A DNA stretch of 58,894 nucleotides, filler included. It is 5 parts of 5 records of this genome, joined end to end, with 100 filler letters (N's around TTAATTAATTAA, not from the genome) between each part and the next. Parts side by side here need not be neighbours in the genome. Positions count along the whole stretch, not along the records: positions 1 to 11,820 come from SRR20825010_7279; positions 11,921 to 17,329 come from SRR20825010_7282; positions 17,430 to 31,742 come from SRR20825010_7290; 2 more parts are not named here. The stretch is one strand, 5' to 3'. The notes beneath the pieces were generated by a model, which had not been told where the DNA came from, ran no database searches, and saw nothing but the letters and a program-made list of their open reading frames with translations. Below are positions 9,172-18,564 of this stretch, one piece after another (the stretch's first letter is position 1; every line of letters begins with the position of its first letter). The translations under genes were made by a program, and so were the position numbers.

Positions 9172-10053
9172 TCAGGCTTTGAGAACGCGGCCAGCCACCG
9201 CATCCAGTTTGGCAATAAGCAGATGATCGCGTTTTTCAGGCGCGGTGATGAAAGCATTGTCCAGCGCATTGTCGATCGGCGACGGTGTGCGTGTCGGGCC
9301 GAAGCTTGTCGCAACATCGCGCAACACAACACGCGAGTTCTCCGCGTTCTCGCCCAGAATTCTGATGACCGATGCTACGTCCACATTGTCATGCTCTTCG
9401 TGCCAGCAATCATAATCCGTCACCATAGCAATCGTCGCATAGGGAATTTCGGCTTCACGGGCAAGCTTGGCTTCCGGCATGTTCGTCATGCCAATTACCG
9501 AGCAGCCCCACGAGCGGTAGAGATTGCTTTCAGCAAGCGTCGAAAATTGCGGACCTTCCATCACCATGTACGTGCCGCCACGCGCATGTGCGATCCCGTT
9601 GGCCTTGCAGGCCGCTTCAATGTGATCGCCTAGACGCGAGCAAACCGGCTCGGCCATCGAGACATGCGCCACAAGCCCCGGACCGAAAAAGCTCTTCTCG
9701 CGCGCAAAGCTGCGGTCGATGAACTGGTCCACGATCACAAATGTGCCAGGTGGCAATTCTTCTTTCAGCGAGCCGACAGCCGAAACCGAAATAATATCGG
9801 TCACGCCCGCGCGCTTCATGGCGTCGATATTTGCGCGATAGTTGATGCTGGTGGGTGAATGCACATGGCCACGTCCGTGACGCGGCAGAAACACCATTTC
9901 CACATCGCCGTTCGCTGTTGGCAGCGTACCGAAATGCAGCTGGTCGGACGCCTCGCCCCAGGGGCTTGCCACATGCTCCCAGCGCTCGTCCTTCAGCCCG
10001 GGAAATTCATAGACACCGCTGCCACCAATGACACCGAGAACTGTTTTCGTCAT
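9172..10053 (-). CDS. mtnP: S-methyl-5'-thioadenosine phosphorylase
   Basis: GVIGGSG, LPRHGRGH, NYRANI, MEGPQFST, GMTNMPEAKLAREAE and VTDYDCW. Confidence 0.96.
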   Translation of the reverse strand: MTKTVLGVIGGSGVYEFPGLKDERWEHVASPWGEASDQLHFGTLPTANGDVEMVFLPRHGRGHVHSPTSINYRANIDAMKRAGVTDIISVSAVGSLKEELPPGTFVIVDQFIDRSFAREKSFFGPGLVAHVSMAEPVCSRLGDHIEAACKANGIAHARGGTYMVMEGPQFSTLAESNLYRSWGCSVIGMTNMPEAKLAREAEIPYATIAMVTDYDCWHEEHDNVDVASVIRILGENAENSRVVLRDVATSFGPTRTPSPIDNALDNAFITAPEKRDHLLIAKLDAVAGRVLKA

Positions 10054-10120
10054 GGACCCTCACACCGCGCATTCACATAAAAGCGGCGCAACATAACAAA
10101 CTAATGCCACAGAGACATGA

Positions 10121-10146
10121 AAAAGGGCCTCACAAGAGGCCCTTTT
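10121..10146 (-). terminator. Rho-independent terminator downstream of petC
   Basis: AAAAGGGCCTC-ACAA-GAGGCCCTTTT; T runs on both strands. Confidence 0.85.
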
Positions 10147-10176
10147 CCGTATTCATTGTCTTTTCAGAACAAGCTG

Positions 10177-10980
10177 TCAGTGCTGGTCGGACCAGATCTT
10201 GCGCGTTGCAAAGAACAGGATGCCTGCCAGTGCGAGCAGATAGACGATCACCTGAAAGCCGAGGCGATGACGCGCTTCGAGCTTGGGTTCAGCCGTCCAC
10301 ATCATGAAGGCAGACACGTCCTGCGACATCTGTTCGGCTGTGTTGGGCGTGCCATCATCATAATCGACCTGACCGTCAGCCAGCGGGTTCGGCATGGCGA
10401 TGACGCCGCTACCGGCCGTGAAATACGGGTTGTAATGACCACCGGCAGGAATTTCATGTCCTTCCGGCGCTTCTTCATATCCCGTCAGCAGAGCATGGAT
10501 GTAATCGGCACCACCGATACGCGCCTTGGCGATCAACGACAGATCAGGCGGCACGGCCCCCAGCGAAGCGGCAGCCGCCTCGGGATTGGGGTAAGGCGAA
10601 GGGAACTTGTCCTTGCCTTCACCGGGGCGCTCGAACATGTCACCGGCCTGATCGGGGCCGTCCATGACTGTGTATTCCTTGGCCAGCGCCTTCACTTCGG
10701 GCTCGGAGAATTCGGGACCGCCCGGTTCGCCGAGATTGCGGAAATGCACATACTGCATCGAATGGCAGGTGGCGCAGACTTCTTTGTAGACCTTGTAACC
10801 GCGGCGCAGCTGGCTGCGGTCAAACGTACCGAACGGGCCGTTGAACGACCAGTCGATATGCTCAAGCTCAGGGCCTTCCGACGCCGCCTGGGCCGGTGTC
10901 ACCGGCATCAGGCTAGTCGCAAGAGCTACCGTCGCAACAGCAGCAGCAATGGTGAGTTTCTGGATCATCTTCATTTTCAT
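10177..10980 (-). CDS. petC: Cytochrome c1 of the bc1 complex
   Basis: Signal peptide, WSFNGPFGTFD, heme motif CATCH, PPDLSL, IAMPNPL and a C-terminal TM anchor. Confidence 0.95.
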   Translation of the reverse strand: MKMKMIQKLTIAAAVATVALATSLMPVTPAQAASEGPELEHIDWSFNGPFGTFDRSQLRRGYKVYKEVCATCHSMQYVHFRNLGEPGGPEFSEPEVKALAKEYTVMDGPDQAGDMFERPGEGKDKFPSPYPNPEAAAASLGAVPPDLSLIAKARIGGADYIHALLTGYEEAPEGHEIPAGGHYNPYFTAGSGVIAMPNPLADGQVDYDDGTPNTAEQMSQDVSAFMMWTAEPKLEARHRLGFQVIVYLLALAGILFFATRKIWSDQH

Positions 10981-10994
10981 ATCCGTTCCCCCAC

Positions 10995-11820
10995 TCACGC
11001 TTTCTCTGCGGTGGACTTACCACCCAGAACCGAGGCCGCAATGCTTTCCGGCAGAGGCTTCGGCTTTTCGATCAGACCCAGAAGCGGGAACAGAACGATG
11101 AAGTGGAAGAAGTAGTAGAAGGTCAGAACACGGGCGAGATGCGTGATCGTGATTTCAATGCTGCCGACATGTGCAACGACATTGTCAGGCATCTGCGCAC
11201 CGCACCAGCCCAGAACCAGGCAGACCACAAAGAACAGCCAGAAGAACTGCTTGTAGAGCGGACGGAAACGCGCCGAACGCACCTTCGATGTGTCGAGCCA
11301 GGGCAGCACGAAGAGCACGGCAATCGCACCGAACATCAAGATGACGCCACCAAGCTTGGAAGGCACTGCACGCAGGATCGCGTAGAAGGGCAGCAGATAC
11401 CATTCAGGCACAATATGCAGCGGTGTCTTCAGCGGCTCGGCCACCGAATAGTTTTCTACGTCGCCCAACGCGTTCGGAGCAAAGAACACGAAATAGGCAA
11501 ACATGATGAGGAAGACGCTGAGACCAAAGGCATCTTTCACTGTCGCATAGGGCGTGAAAGGAACCGTGTCCTGATCCTTATTCTTCACTTCCACACCGGC
11601 GGGATTGTTCTGGCCTGTCACATGCAGCGCCCAGATGTGAAGGATCACAACGCCGAAAATGAGGAAGGGGAACAGGTAGTGCAGCGAGAAGAAACGGTTG
11701 AGCGTCGGATCACCGATCGCGAAACCACCCCAGAGCCATGTGGCAATTGACTGACCGACAATCGGGATCGCGCCGAACAGGTTGGTGATAACCGTGGCAC
11801 CCCAGAAGCTCATCTGGCCC
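10995..11820 (-). CDS. petB: Cytochrome b (5' truncated at the contig end)
   Basis: [22 protein letters not shown] and [13 protein letters not shown]. Confidence 0.97.
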
Positions 11821-11920
11821 NNNNNNNNNNNNNNNNNNNNNNNNNNNNNNNNNNNNNNNNNNNNTTAATTAATTAANNNNNNNNNNNNNNNNNNNNNNNN
11901 NNNNNNNNNNNNNNNNNNNN
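11821..11920. other. Artificial contig linker
   Basis: N44 + TTAATTAATTAA (stops in all six frames) + N44. Confidence 0.98.
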
Positions 11921-12345
11921 GCCCGGATGCCATCGTCGCTGTGGACGACGGCGCCATGATCGGCGAGCGTGACGTAACCGTCGGCGCCAAGACGAACCAG
12001 CCGGATCGATTGGGCCGCCTGCAACAGGCGCTGGAGCCGATCCTCGCCAAGGCCTGTCGCGCGGGCGAGATCCCTGACTGCGACAGGACCGCCGGCGACG
12101 GCATCGATCAGACCGGATTGCAGGGCGGCAAACAGGATCTGACTTCGCACGAAGCCGGTGACGATCGAGAAGAGTTCTTCCTCACGCCCGCGGGAGAACG
12201 CCCGCGACACCGGCATGCGCTGGACAAATTTCCGGAATGCCGGCCGCGCCACCTGGCGCGCGCGCCATGCCTGCAGCCGCGAGCGCCAGTCCGGCCCCGG
12301 GCCAAGGGTGTCGTGCGAACCGGGAACCGACATCTCGACAGACAT
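11921..12345 (-). CDS. crtF: Hydroxyneurosporene/demethylspheroidene O-methyltransferase, N-terminal part (3' truncated)
   Basis: Directly downstream of crtE. ELFSIVTGFVRSQILFA and a dimerisation/HTH-like segment typical of the CrtF N-terminus. Confidence 0.85.
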
Positions 12346-12349
12346 GGGC

Positions 12350-13219
12350 TCAGGCCGCCACGGTGGCCAGGCTCTTTGGCACCAGGCGTTTGGCTTCATC
12401 CAGGATCAGTTGCTTGAGCATGTTCGATCCGCGGCAATTGGGAATCGAGGCCGCTGCCTCTCCGACAAGATCCTGCAGGCGATGTATCGCCCCTTCGAGC
12501 CCGAGCTCCCGGACCGCATTGGGGCGATCGTGGACGGCGTCCTGGCCGCAGGGTTTGCCGATCTCGTCGGCATTGGCGGCACAATCGCGCAAATCGTCGG
12601 CGACCTGGAAGGCATCGCCGAGCGCCTCGCCCAGCCGGTACCAGTTCTGCGGATCCACTCCGGCGGCAATGGCGCCGGCCGTCGTCGACCCGATGAACAG
12701 CGAAGATGTCTTGGCGCGGTGATAGACCTTGAGATCGATCCGCTCCTCGCTCTCCCAGGCCTGGCCGGCGATGATGCCGTGCGGCATGCCGACGGCACGG
12801 GAAATCACGCTGATCAAGGGCGCGATTCGATCGGGAGTCGCCAGGCATTCGCGCGCCAGCGTCTCGAAGGCGAGAACGATCAACGCATCGCCGGTCAGCA
12901 CCGCGGTGGGCTCGCCGAAGACCGTGTGCAGGCTTGGCTTGCCGCGGCGGATATCCGCGTCATCGAAACAGGGCAGGTCGTCATGGACCAGCGATGCGCA
13001 ATGCAGCAACTCGATGGCGGTTGCTGCAGCGCTTGAAGCATCTGGCGCCTGATCGCCCGCAGCCAGCGCCACGGCGAGGCAAAGGCGCGGACGAATGCGG
13101 GCGCCGCCGGGAAAGACGGCATATCTCAATGCATCGCACATCAGGGAGGGATTGCCGCCCGCGGTGGCGTAGGTGACGGCCCGCTCGAGGTTGCGTTCAA
13201 TGCGGCCTTGCAGATCCAT
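12350..13219 (-). CDS. crtE: Geranylgeranyl diphosphate synthase
   Basis: VFPGGARIRP, FARM HDDLPCFDDADIRRGKP, AGQAWESE and SARM FQVADDLRD. Confidence 0.95.
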   Translation of the reverse strand: MDLQGRIERNLERAVTYATAGGNPSLMCDALRYAVFPGGARIRPRLCLAVALAAGDQAPDASSAAATAIELLHCASLVHDDLPCFDDADIRRGKPSLHTVFGEPTAVLTGDALIVLAFETLARECLATPDRIAPLISVISRAVGMPHGIIAGQAWESEERIDLKVYHRAKTSSLFIGSTTAGAIAAGVDPQNWYRLGEALGDAFQVADDLRDCAANADEIGKPCGQDAVHDRPNAVRELGLEGAIHRLQDLVGEAAASIPNCRGSNMLKQLILDEAKRLVPKSLATVAA

Positions 13220-13247
13220 CTGGCGTCTCCCTCCGTGCCTTCACAAT

Positions 13248-13291
13248 TGTCATTTTCAAATGACGCTTGTGTATGTCAATTTATCCTGACA
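13248..13291. promoter_or_regulatory. Tandem PpsR/CrtJ operator (TGT-N12-ACA) in the divergent crtE/crtD promoter
   Basis: TGTCATTTTCAAATGACG (13248-13265, one mismatch) and perfect TGTCAATTTATCCTGACA (13274-13291), 8 bp apart. Confidence 0.85.
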
Positions 13292-13348
13292 CACTCGATT
13301 GGATTGTCAACGCCATTGGCGCCCGTTTTGGAAAAGGACCGAGAAACG

Positions 13349-14893
13349 ATGCGGCAGCCGCAGAAGCTGATCGTTGTTGGCGCCGGGGCCGGCGGGCTTG
13401 CCAGTGCGATTTCGGCGGCGGCGGCGGGCTTCGACGTGACCGTTGTTGAACGGAGCCGCACGCCAGGCGGCAAGATGCGCCAGGTGAGCGTGGGCGGCAA
13501 AGCGGTTGACGCCGGGCCGACCGTGCTGACCATGCGCTGGGTCTTCGAGCAGCTCTTCGCGCAGGCCGGCGCGGATCTGGGCGCACGGATCGGGCTCAAA
13601 CGGGCCGAGCTTCTCGCCCGGCATGGCTGGCGCGACGGCGCCCCGCTCGATCTGTTTGCCAGCATCGAGGACAGCGCCCGCGCCATCGCGGATTTCTCGG
13701 ATCGGGAAAATGCGGCGGGGTATCGCCGGTTTGCGGCCGACAGCGCGGCGATGTTTTCAACCTTGAAACCGAGCTACATCGACGCGCAACGACCCGGACC
13801 CGTGGCGCTGATGCAGCGGATCGGGCTGTTCAACCTGCGTGACCAGCTTGCGCTCAAGCCGCTGTCGTTGATGTGGTCGGCGCTCGGCTCCTATTTTTCC
13901 GATCCGCGGTTGCAGCAGCTTTTCGGACGTTACGCCACCTATTGCGGCTCGTCGCCCTTCATGGCTCCGGCGACGCTGATGCTGGTCGCCCATGTCGAAC
14001 AGGACGGCATCTGGCTGGCCGACGGCGGCATGCACGCGGTGGCCCGCGCCATGGAACGGCTGGCCGTGGATCTGGGCGTCAGCTTTCGTTATGGCGCCGA
14101 TGTGGAGGCCATCGACATTGCCGGCGGCCGCGTGAACGGCGTCACGCTCGCAGCGGGCGAGAGACTGTCAGCGGACAGCGTCATCTTCAACGGCGACGTC
14201 TCGGCGCTTGCCGCACTGACCGGACAAGCCGGAGAGACCGGGGTGGCGCGGACCCGGCCGGAGGCGCGGTCGCTCTCCGCAGTCACCTTCGCCATGACCG
14301 CCAAAACCAGGGGCTTCCCCCTCGCCCATCACAATGTGTTCTTCTCCGACGACTACGCAGCCGAGTTCGAGGCGCTGGTCGGGACGCGCGCCATGCCCGC
14401 GGTGCCCACCACCTATGTCTGCGCGCAGGATCGCAGCCACGAGGGCGGACTGACAGGCGGGGCCGATTACGAGCGGATGCTGTTCATCCTCAACGCGCCT
14501 GCGGATGGCGACATCAAGACCTTCACGACCAAGGAGACCGGGCAATGCCTCGACCAAGCACTGGACCATCTGTCGGCCTGCGGACTGGACGTGGACCGGA
14601 GCTCGATGCAGGTCGTATCGACCACGCCGGACCAGTTTCACCGGCTGTTTCCAGCGACCGGGGGAGCGCTGTACGGTCGGGCCTCGCACGGCTGGATGGC
14701 CTCGTTCCAGAGACCGGGGGCGCGAACGCGGATCCAGGGGCTGTACCTGGCGGGCGGCAGCGCACATCCGGGTCCGGGCGTGCCGATGGCGACGCTTTCC
14801 GGCATGCTGGCGGCGGAGAGCCTTGCCGAGGACCGCGCTTCGACGCTGCCGTCCCGCCGGGCGGTTATCTCTGGTGGTATGTCGACGGCCTGA
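13349..14893 (+). CDS. crtD: 1-hydroxycarotenoid 3,4-desaturase
   Basis: VGAGAGG FAD motif, GGKMR, DAGPTVLTM, LFGRYATYCGSSP, FPATGGALYG and AGGSAHPGPGVPMA. Start set at ATG 13349. Confidence 0.95.
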   Translation: MRQPQKLIVVGAGAGGLASAISAAAAGFDVTVVERSRTPGGKMRQVSVGGKAVDAGPTVLTMRWVFEQLFAQAGADLGARIGLKRAELLARHGWRDGAPLDLFASIEDSARAIADFSDRENAAGYRRFAADSAAMFSTLKPSYIDAQRPGPVALMQRIGLFNLRDQLALKPLSLMWSALGSYFSDPRLQQLFGRYATYCGSSPFMAPATLMLVAHVEQDGIWLADGGMHAVARAMERLAVDLGVSFRYGADVEAIDIAGGRVNGVTLAAGERLSADSVIFNGDVSALAALTGQAGETGVARTRPEARSLSAVTFAMTAKTRGFPLAHHNVFFSDDYAAEFEALVGTRAMPAVPTTYVCAQDRSHEGGLTGGADYERMLFILNAPADGDIKTFTTKETGQCLDQALDHLSACGLDVDRSSMQVVSTTPDQFHRLFPATGGALYGRASHGWMASFQRPGARTRIQGLYLAGGSAHPGPGVPMATLSGMLAAESLAEDRASTLPSRRAVISGGMSTA

Positions 14894-15777
14894 GCGATTG
14901 CGGCCGGTACGGGCTGTCGGTGATCGCCTTCGTCGGTTCGGTGTTCTCGCCCTATTATCACTGGGCCGGGCGGCGCGATCCGGACGATCATGTCTGCATC
15001 AATGTCGCGCTCTACCGCCCCGGCGGCAACCGCTGGAGCATGACCGAGCGCGGCCGCCGCCAGACGAGCCGCGACGTCACCTCCTTCCAGGTCGGACCGA
15101 GTTCGATCCGCCGGGAAGGTTCGGACATCGTCATCGATTTCGACGAGGTCTCCGTTCCGCGTCCGCCGGCCCAGTTCCTGCCAAGGCGCATCAAGGGCTC
15201 GATCCGGTTCTCGCCCGACGCGGTGACATCCCGGGTGTTCGACATCGACCAGGCCGGCAGACACTGCTGGTGGCCGGTCTCGCCCACCGGGCGGATCACA
15301 CTTGAAATGGATGGGGGCGCCGAGGGTTGGGCCGGCCATGGCTACATGGACAGCAACTGGGGCACCGAACCGCTCGAAGACGGTTTCAGGATATGGGACT
15401 GGGCGCGCGGGATGCTGCCGGGTGGCGATGCGGTGATCCTCTACGATTCGGTTCGCAAGGATGGCGGCCGTGGCCAGATCGCGCTCCGGATCGGCCGCGA
15501 CGGGGCGATAAGCCCGTTCGAGATGCCGGCCAGGACGCAGCTTTCAAAAGGATTCTGGGGCGTGCCGCGGTCCGGCCATCACGATCCGGGCGCACAGGCG
15601 AAGGCGCGGATCGTGCGAACGCTCGAGGACGGGCCGTTCTACACCCGCTCGGTGATCCGCACGCAGTTGATGGGGGAGACTGTCGAGCTGATGCACGAGA
15701 GCCTGTCGGGCGACCGTTTCGCTTCGCCCATCGTCAAGGCGATGCTTCCGTTCCGGATGCCGCGCCGGGCGGGCTGA
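14545..15777 (+). CDS. crtC: Carotenoid 1,2-hydratase (hydroxyneurosporene synthase); start uncertain
   Basis: PPGGYLWWYVDGLSD, IAFVGSVFSPYY, WSMTERG, HGYMDSNWG and MLPFRMPR. ATG 14545 has AAGGAG 8 nt upstream, inside crtD. Confidence 0.9.
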   Translation: MPRPSTGPSVGLRTGRGPELDAGRIDHAGPVSPAVSSDRGSAVRSGLARLDGLVPETGGANADPGAVPGGRQRTSGSGRADGDAFRHAGGGEPCRGPRFDAAVPPGGYLWWYVDGLSDCGRYGLSVIAFVGSVFSPYYHWAGRRDPDDHVCINVALYRPGGNRWSMTERGRRQTSRDVTSFQVGPSSIRREGSDIVIDFDEVSVPRPPAQFLPRRIKGSIRFSPDAVTSRVFDIDQAGRHCWWPVSPTGRITLEMDGGAEGWAGHGYMDSNWGTEPLEDGFRIWDWARGMLPGGDAVILYDSVRKDGGRGQIALRIGRDGAISPFEMPARTQLSKGFWGVPRSGHHDPGAQAKARIVRTLEDGPFYTRSVIRTQLMGETVELMHESLSGDRFASPIVKAMLPFRMPRRAG

Positions 15778-15791
15778 TCAAATCAACCTGA

Positions 15792-15968
15792 TCAACTCGT
15801 CTTCGGCGCCTCGTCTTCCGCCTGCTCAGAAGCCGCCGCACGCTCTCGTGCCTCACGTTCTTCCCGCGCCCGGATATCCCGCTTGAGCGTGCGCATCTGC
15901 CAGATGATGAACAGGATGAAGCCGCCGAAGCTCAGCGCGATCTCGATCAGGCCGGCGTACTGGATCAT
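15792..15968 (-). CDS. Small single-pass membrane protein (58 aa), hypothetical
   Basis: ATG immediately after the crtB stop, with GGAGG upstream. One hydrophobic helix (LIEIALSFGGFILFIIW) followed by a charged tail. Confidence 0.6.
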   Translation of the reverse strand: MIQYAGLIEIALSFGGFILFIIWQMRTLKRDIRAREEREARERAAASEQAEDEAPKTS

Positions 15969-15969
15969 G

Positions 15970-17010
15970 TCACGCCTCCGCATCCACGGCGCGGCGGCGG
16001 ATTTCCGACAGGGTCATCAGTTCGATCATGCGCCCGGCCTTGGCATCGAGCCCCGATGGCGCACTAATGCGCCCGGCGGCGGCGGCCTCGACCAGGAACC
16101 GGACCTCCTGATGGGCGGGCTCGGTGGAGACCGGCTGGAACAGGAACGGCGTCGCCGCCGCACGGGCGATGAGCTCGAGTTTGCGCCGTGTCGAGGTATG
16201 CGCCCTTGTGGTGATGCTGTCATGGCCGGCAATCTCGATCTCCCGACCGATCTCGCGGTAGATCAGCGCCGCGCTACGGATCGCCGTGCGGCAGCTCAGC
16301 GGCAGGCCGGCAATGCCGGTCATGGCGCGGGCATAGAGAATGTGGGCCGCATCGAGCAGCCGCTCGACGGTGGCCCGCATCGCCGGACAGGCTTTCGGAT
16401 CGGCAAGGAAGTCCTCCGGCACGATGCCGGCCTCGTCGAGCCAGTCGAGCGGCAGGTAGAGGCGGCCACGGCGGGCCTCCTCGCCGACATCGCGGGCGAT
16501 GTTGGTCAATTGCATCGCCAGCCCCAGATCGGCGGCACGGGCGAGAACCGCCCGGTCACAGACGCCCATGATCAGCGTCATCATCACACCGACGCTTGAG
16601 GCGACACGGGCGGCATAGCCGCAGAGTTCGTCGCAGCTCTGGTAGGTGCGGTTTTCGACATCCCACTCGAAGCCCTCGATCAGGGCGGCGGGCAGCGCGC
16701 GGGGCATGGCGTAGTGCTCGACAACGGCGACAAAGGCGCGGTCGGCGGGATGGCTGCCCGGCGTGCCGCGATAGATGGCGTCGAGCCGGGCGCGGATTTC
16801 GAAGAGCCCTTCCGCCGGATCGGCGCTCTCGTCGATAAGGTCATCGGCGGCGCGGCAGAAGGCATAGAGCGCGCGGGCAGCGGACCGGGTCGAGCCGGGC
16901 AGCAGCATGGAGGCGGCGAGAAAGGATTTCGAGCCGGCGCGGATTGCCTCCTCGCACTCCCGGCGCAAACCCGGATCAAGCATGAAGGTCTCAGACGACG
17001 GTGCTGGCAT
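15970..17010 (-). CDS. crtB: Phytoene synthase
   Basis: GSKSF, LYAFCRAADDLID, YAARVASSVG and AMQLTNIARDVGEEARRGRLYLP. Confidence 0.96.
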   Translation of the reverse strand: MPAPSSETFMLDPGLRRECEEAIRAGSKSFLAASMLLPGSTRSAARALYAFCRAADDLIDESADPAEGLFEIRARLDAIYRGTPGSHPADRAFVAVVEHYAMPRALPAALIEGFEWDVENRTYQSCDELCGYAARVASSVGVMMTLIMGVCDRAVLARAADLGLAMQLTNIARDVGEEARRGRLYLPLDWLDEAGIVPEDFLADPKACPAMRATVERLLDAAHILYARAMTGIAGLPLSCRTAIRSAALIYREIGREIEIAGHDSITTRAHTSTRRKLELIARAAATPFLFQPVSTEPAHQEVRFLVEAAAAGRISAPSGLDAKAGRMIELMTLSEIRRRAVDAEA

Positions 17011-17329
17011 GGGGCACTACCTTGTCGAGGATCTTGGCCGAGGAGACGACGCCGGGGAGTCCGGCACCGGGATGGGTTCCGGCGCCGACGAGGAACAGGT
17101 TTTCCACTTCCTCGCTCTTGTTGTGCGGCCGGAACCAGGCAAGCTGGGTGATCACCGGCTCCAGGCCGAAGGCTGCCCCCTTGACCGAGAGCAGGCGGTC
17201 GCGGAAATCCACCGGCGTCATCAGGCGCTGCGTCACCACATGCCGGCCAAGGCCGGGCAGCAGCGTCGCCTCGAGATGGGCCTCGATCCTGCGGCGATAG
17301 GGTTCGGCGGCGGTGGTCCAGTCAATTGC
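16991..17329 (-). CDS. crtI: Phytoene desaturase, C-terminal part (5' truncated)
   Basis: TPVDFRDRL, GAAFGLEP, WFRPHN and LVGAGTHPGAGLPGVVSSAK. Confidence 0.93.
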   Translation of the reverse strand, partial: AIDWTTAAEPYRRRIEAHLEATLLPGLGRHVVTQRLMTPVDFRDRLLSVKGAAFGLEPVITQLAWFRPHNKSEEVENLFLVGAGTHPGAGLPGVVSSAKILDKVVPHASTVV

Positions 17330-17429
17330 NNNNNNNNNNNNNNNNNNNNNNNNNNNNNNNNNNNNNNNNNNNNTTAATTAATTAANNNNNNNNNNNNNNN
17401 NNNNNNNNNNNNNNNNNNNNNNNNNNNNN
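17330..17429. other. Artificial contig linker
   Basis: N44-TTAATTAATTAA-N44. Confidence 0.98.
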
Positions 17430-18398
17430 GCCCGGCATGATCGACGAGCCGGGTTCGTTCGCCGGCAATTGCAGCTCCCCAAGCCCGCTGCGGGGACCGC
17501 TGCCAAGCATCCGGACATCGTTCGCGATCTTCATGCAGCTCGCGGCCAGAACATTGAGAACACCCGACATTTCGACAATCGCGTCATGCGCCGCCAGAGC
17601 CTCGAACTTGTTCACCGCACTGGTGAATGGCAAACTGGTCAGCTCCCGGACCTTCTCCACGAAATTCTCGGCAAAACCCGGAGCCGCATTCAGCCCGGTG
17701 CCGACGGCGGTGCCGCCCTGGGCCAGTTCCATCAATCTCGGCAGCGCCCCGCGCACCCGCTCGATTCCGAGCTCGATCTGCCGGGCATAACCGGAAAATT
17801 CCTGCCCCAGCGTCACCGGCGTCGCATCCTGCAGATGGGTCCGGCCGATCTTGACGATGCCGGAGAATTCCTCTGCTTTCACCAGCAGAGCCGCATGAAA
17901 CTCCTGCAACGCGGGCAACAGCGCCCTGTCGATCTCGAGCACACCGGCAATCGACATTGCGGTCGGGAAACTGTCGTTCGAGCTTTGCCCCATATTGACG
18001 TGATCGTTCGGATGCACCGGCTGCTTGCTGCCGATCTCGCCGCCCATCAGCTCAATGGCCCGGTTCGAGATCACCTCGTTGAGGTTCATGTTCGTCTGGG
18101 TGCCGGAGCCTGTCTGCCAGACAACCAGCGGGAAGTGATCGTCGAGCGTGCCCGCGATCACCTCGTCGGCGGCGGCCACCATGGCCTTGCCAAGCTCCGC
18201 CTCCAGTTTGCCAAGGTCCATATTGGCCAGCGCTGCCGCCTTCTTCTGAATCGCGAAGGCGCGGATCAGCGCGACAGGCATCCGCTCCCCGCCGATTTTG
18301 AAATTCTGCAGGGATCTCTGGGTCTGGGCGCCCCAGTATCTATCCGCCGGAACGGACATCTCGCCCATCGTGTCGGTTTCAATGCGTGTGTCGGTCAT
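17430..18398 (-). CDS. fumC: Class II fumarate hydratase (3' truncated)
   Basis: [40 protein letters not shown] and [10 protein letters not shown]. Confidence 0.97.
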
Positions 18399-18564
18399 GA
18401 TCGGTCCTCCGATAGCTCCATATGGGCCCGGTTATGGTTCAGACCAGCATCGCTCCGAGGATTGTGGCGGCGGACGGCCGTCAGTGCCCGCCTTTAACGG
18501 CGGGTCGTATTGCGGGTTTTCAATGCCTCGATTTGCCGCGCCATTCAAGCCCTGATGGGACCAA

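Noticed and set aside
11865..11876. TTAATTAATTAA repeated four times within N runs, resembling a repeat array or recombination site
   Set aside because: It is a synthetic six-frame-stop linker with identical 44-N flanks, not biological sequence.
13873..14544. 634-aa version of crtC from the ORF track
   Set aside because: The extra 5' part has no CrtC features or SD and reflects stop scarcity in high-GC DNA. The SD-supported ATG is at 14545.
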